DNA from: Amoebophrya sp. A120
Taxonomy: Eukaryota > Protista > Dinoflagellata
Direction of reading: 5' to 3'
DNA length: 64,000 nucleotides
NCBI GenBank assembly: GCA_905178155.1
Contig: CAJINV010000014.1
Coordinates: forward strand, 437,023 to 501,022
This document shows positions 63,756 to 64,000 of the stretch, one piece after another. The first letter of the stretch is position 1. Each line of letters begins with the position of its first letter. The position numbers were made by a program, and so were the translations under genes. Under the pieces are notes generated by a model, which did not search any database, had not been told where the DNA came from, and saw only the letters and a list, made by a program, of their open reading frames with translations.

Positions 63756-64000
63756 CAGCCGCGCGGCCAAAGCGCGGCCCTGCGGGCCGCGCTTTCGCCG
63801 CGCGGCTGCCACCACCCTTTCTTTTTAATTAGAACCCCACATCTATCCCGGGCCATCGGAGGCTTCCGGATTCGCATTCAAAGCTTATCGCAGGAGCCTG
63901 CGGGCCGCCGCGGGCTCCACCACTTCCCCGCGGCCCTAAAGGGCCGCGGACAACTACTGTCGCCCGCGGCGGCCCGCAGGCTCCTGCGATAAGCATTGAA
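63756..64000. repeat. GC-rich palindrome cluster with nested hairpins; probably the edge of a mobile element or repeat
   Basis: 25-bp stem 63756-63808 (1 mismatch, 3-nt loop); 39-bp stem 63877-63915 / 63962-64000 (1 mismatch) enclosing ccgcggccc-taaa-gggccgcgg. Confidence 0.85.

Noticed and set aside
1-64000. tRNA/rRNA genes and relic dinoflagellate spliced-leader sequences
   Set aside because: None recognised by eye; tRNAscan-SE, Infernal and an exact search for TTTGGCTCAAG would be needed to exclude them.

Overview
Eukaryotic genomic DNA. All nine credible genes lie on the minus strand, most encode long low-complexity proteins, and many are broken by short introns with terminal inverted repeats (TIRs), flanking direct repeats and non-GT-AG ends. 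This matches the parasitic dinoflagellate Amoebophrya (Syndiniales) and its introner elements; the taxon is an inference. Removing TIR elements plus one direct-repeat copy joins many short ORFs in frame. Reconstructed genes: (1) a membrane-anchored protein with two U-box-like domains, a QGQSN repeat and two OTU-like domains (3228-10965), whose 5' part recurs at 1-698; (2) coiled-coil and low-complexity genes; (3) eIF3m (35757-38508); (4) an unusual ~1,900-aa fusion of an R3H-like domain, a Tpt1/KptA RNA 2'-phosphotransferase and a DEDDy 3'-5' exonuclease (39586-46515), with five TIR introns; (5) a NIMA-related kinase (48680-53238). Also present: a 3.5-kb Mutator-like satellite-filled element (118-bp TIRs, 9-bp TSD), a TA-flanked MITE, at least three introner end-types that share an internal TTGTCATGC-like motif, and several local duplications. 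All assignments were made by eye; exon borders need RNA-seq.
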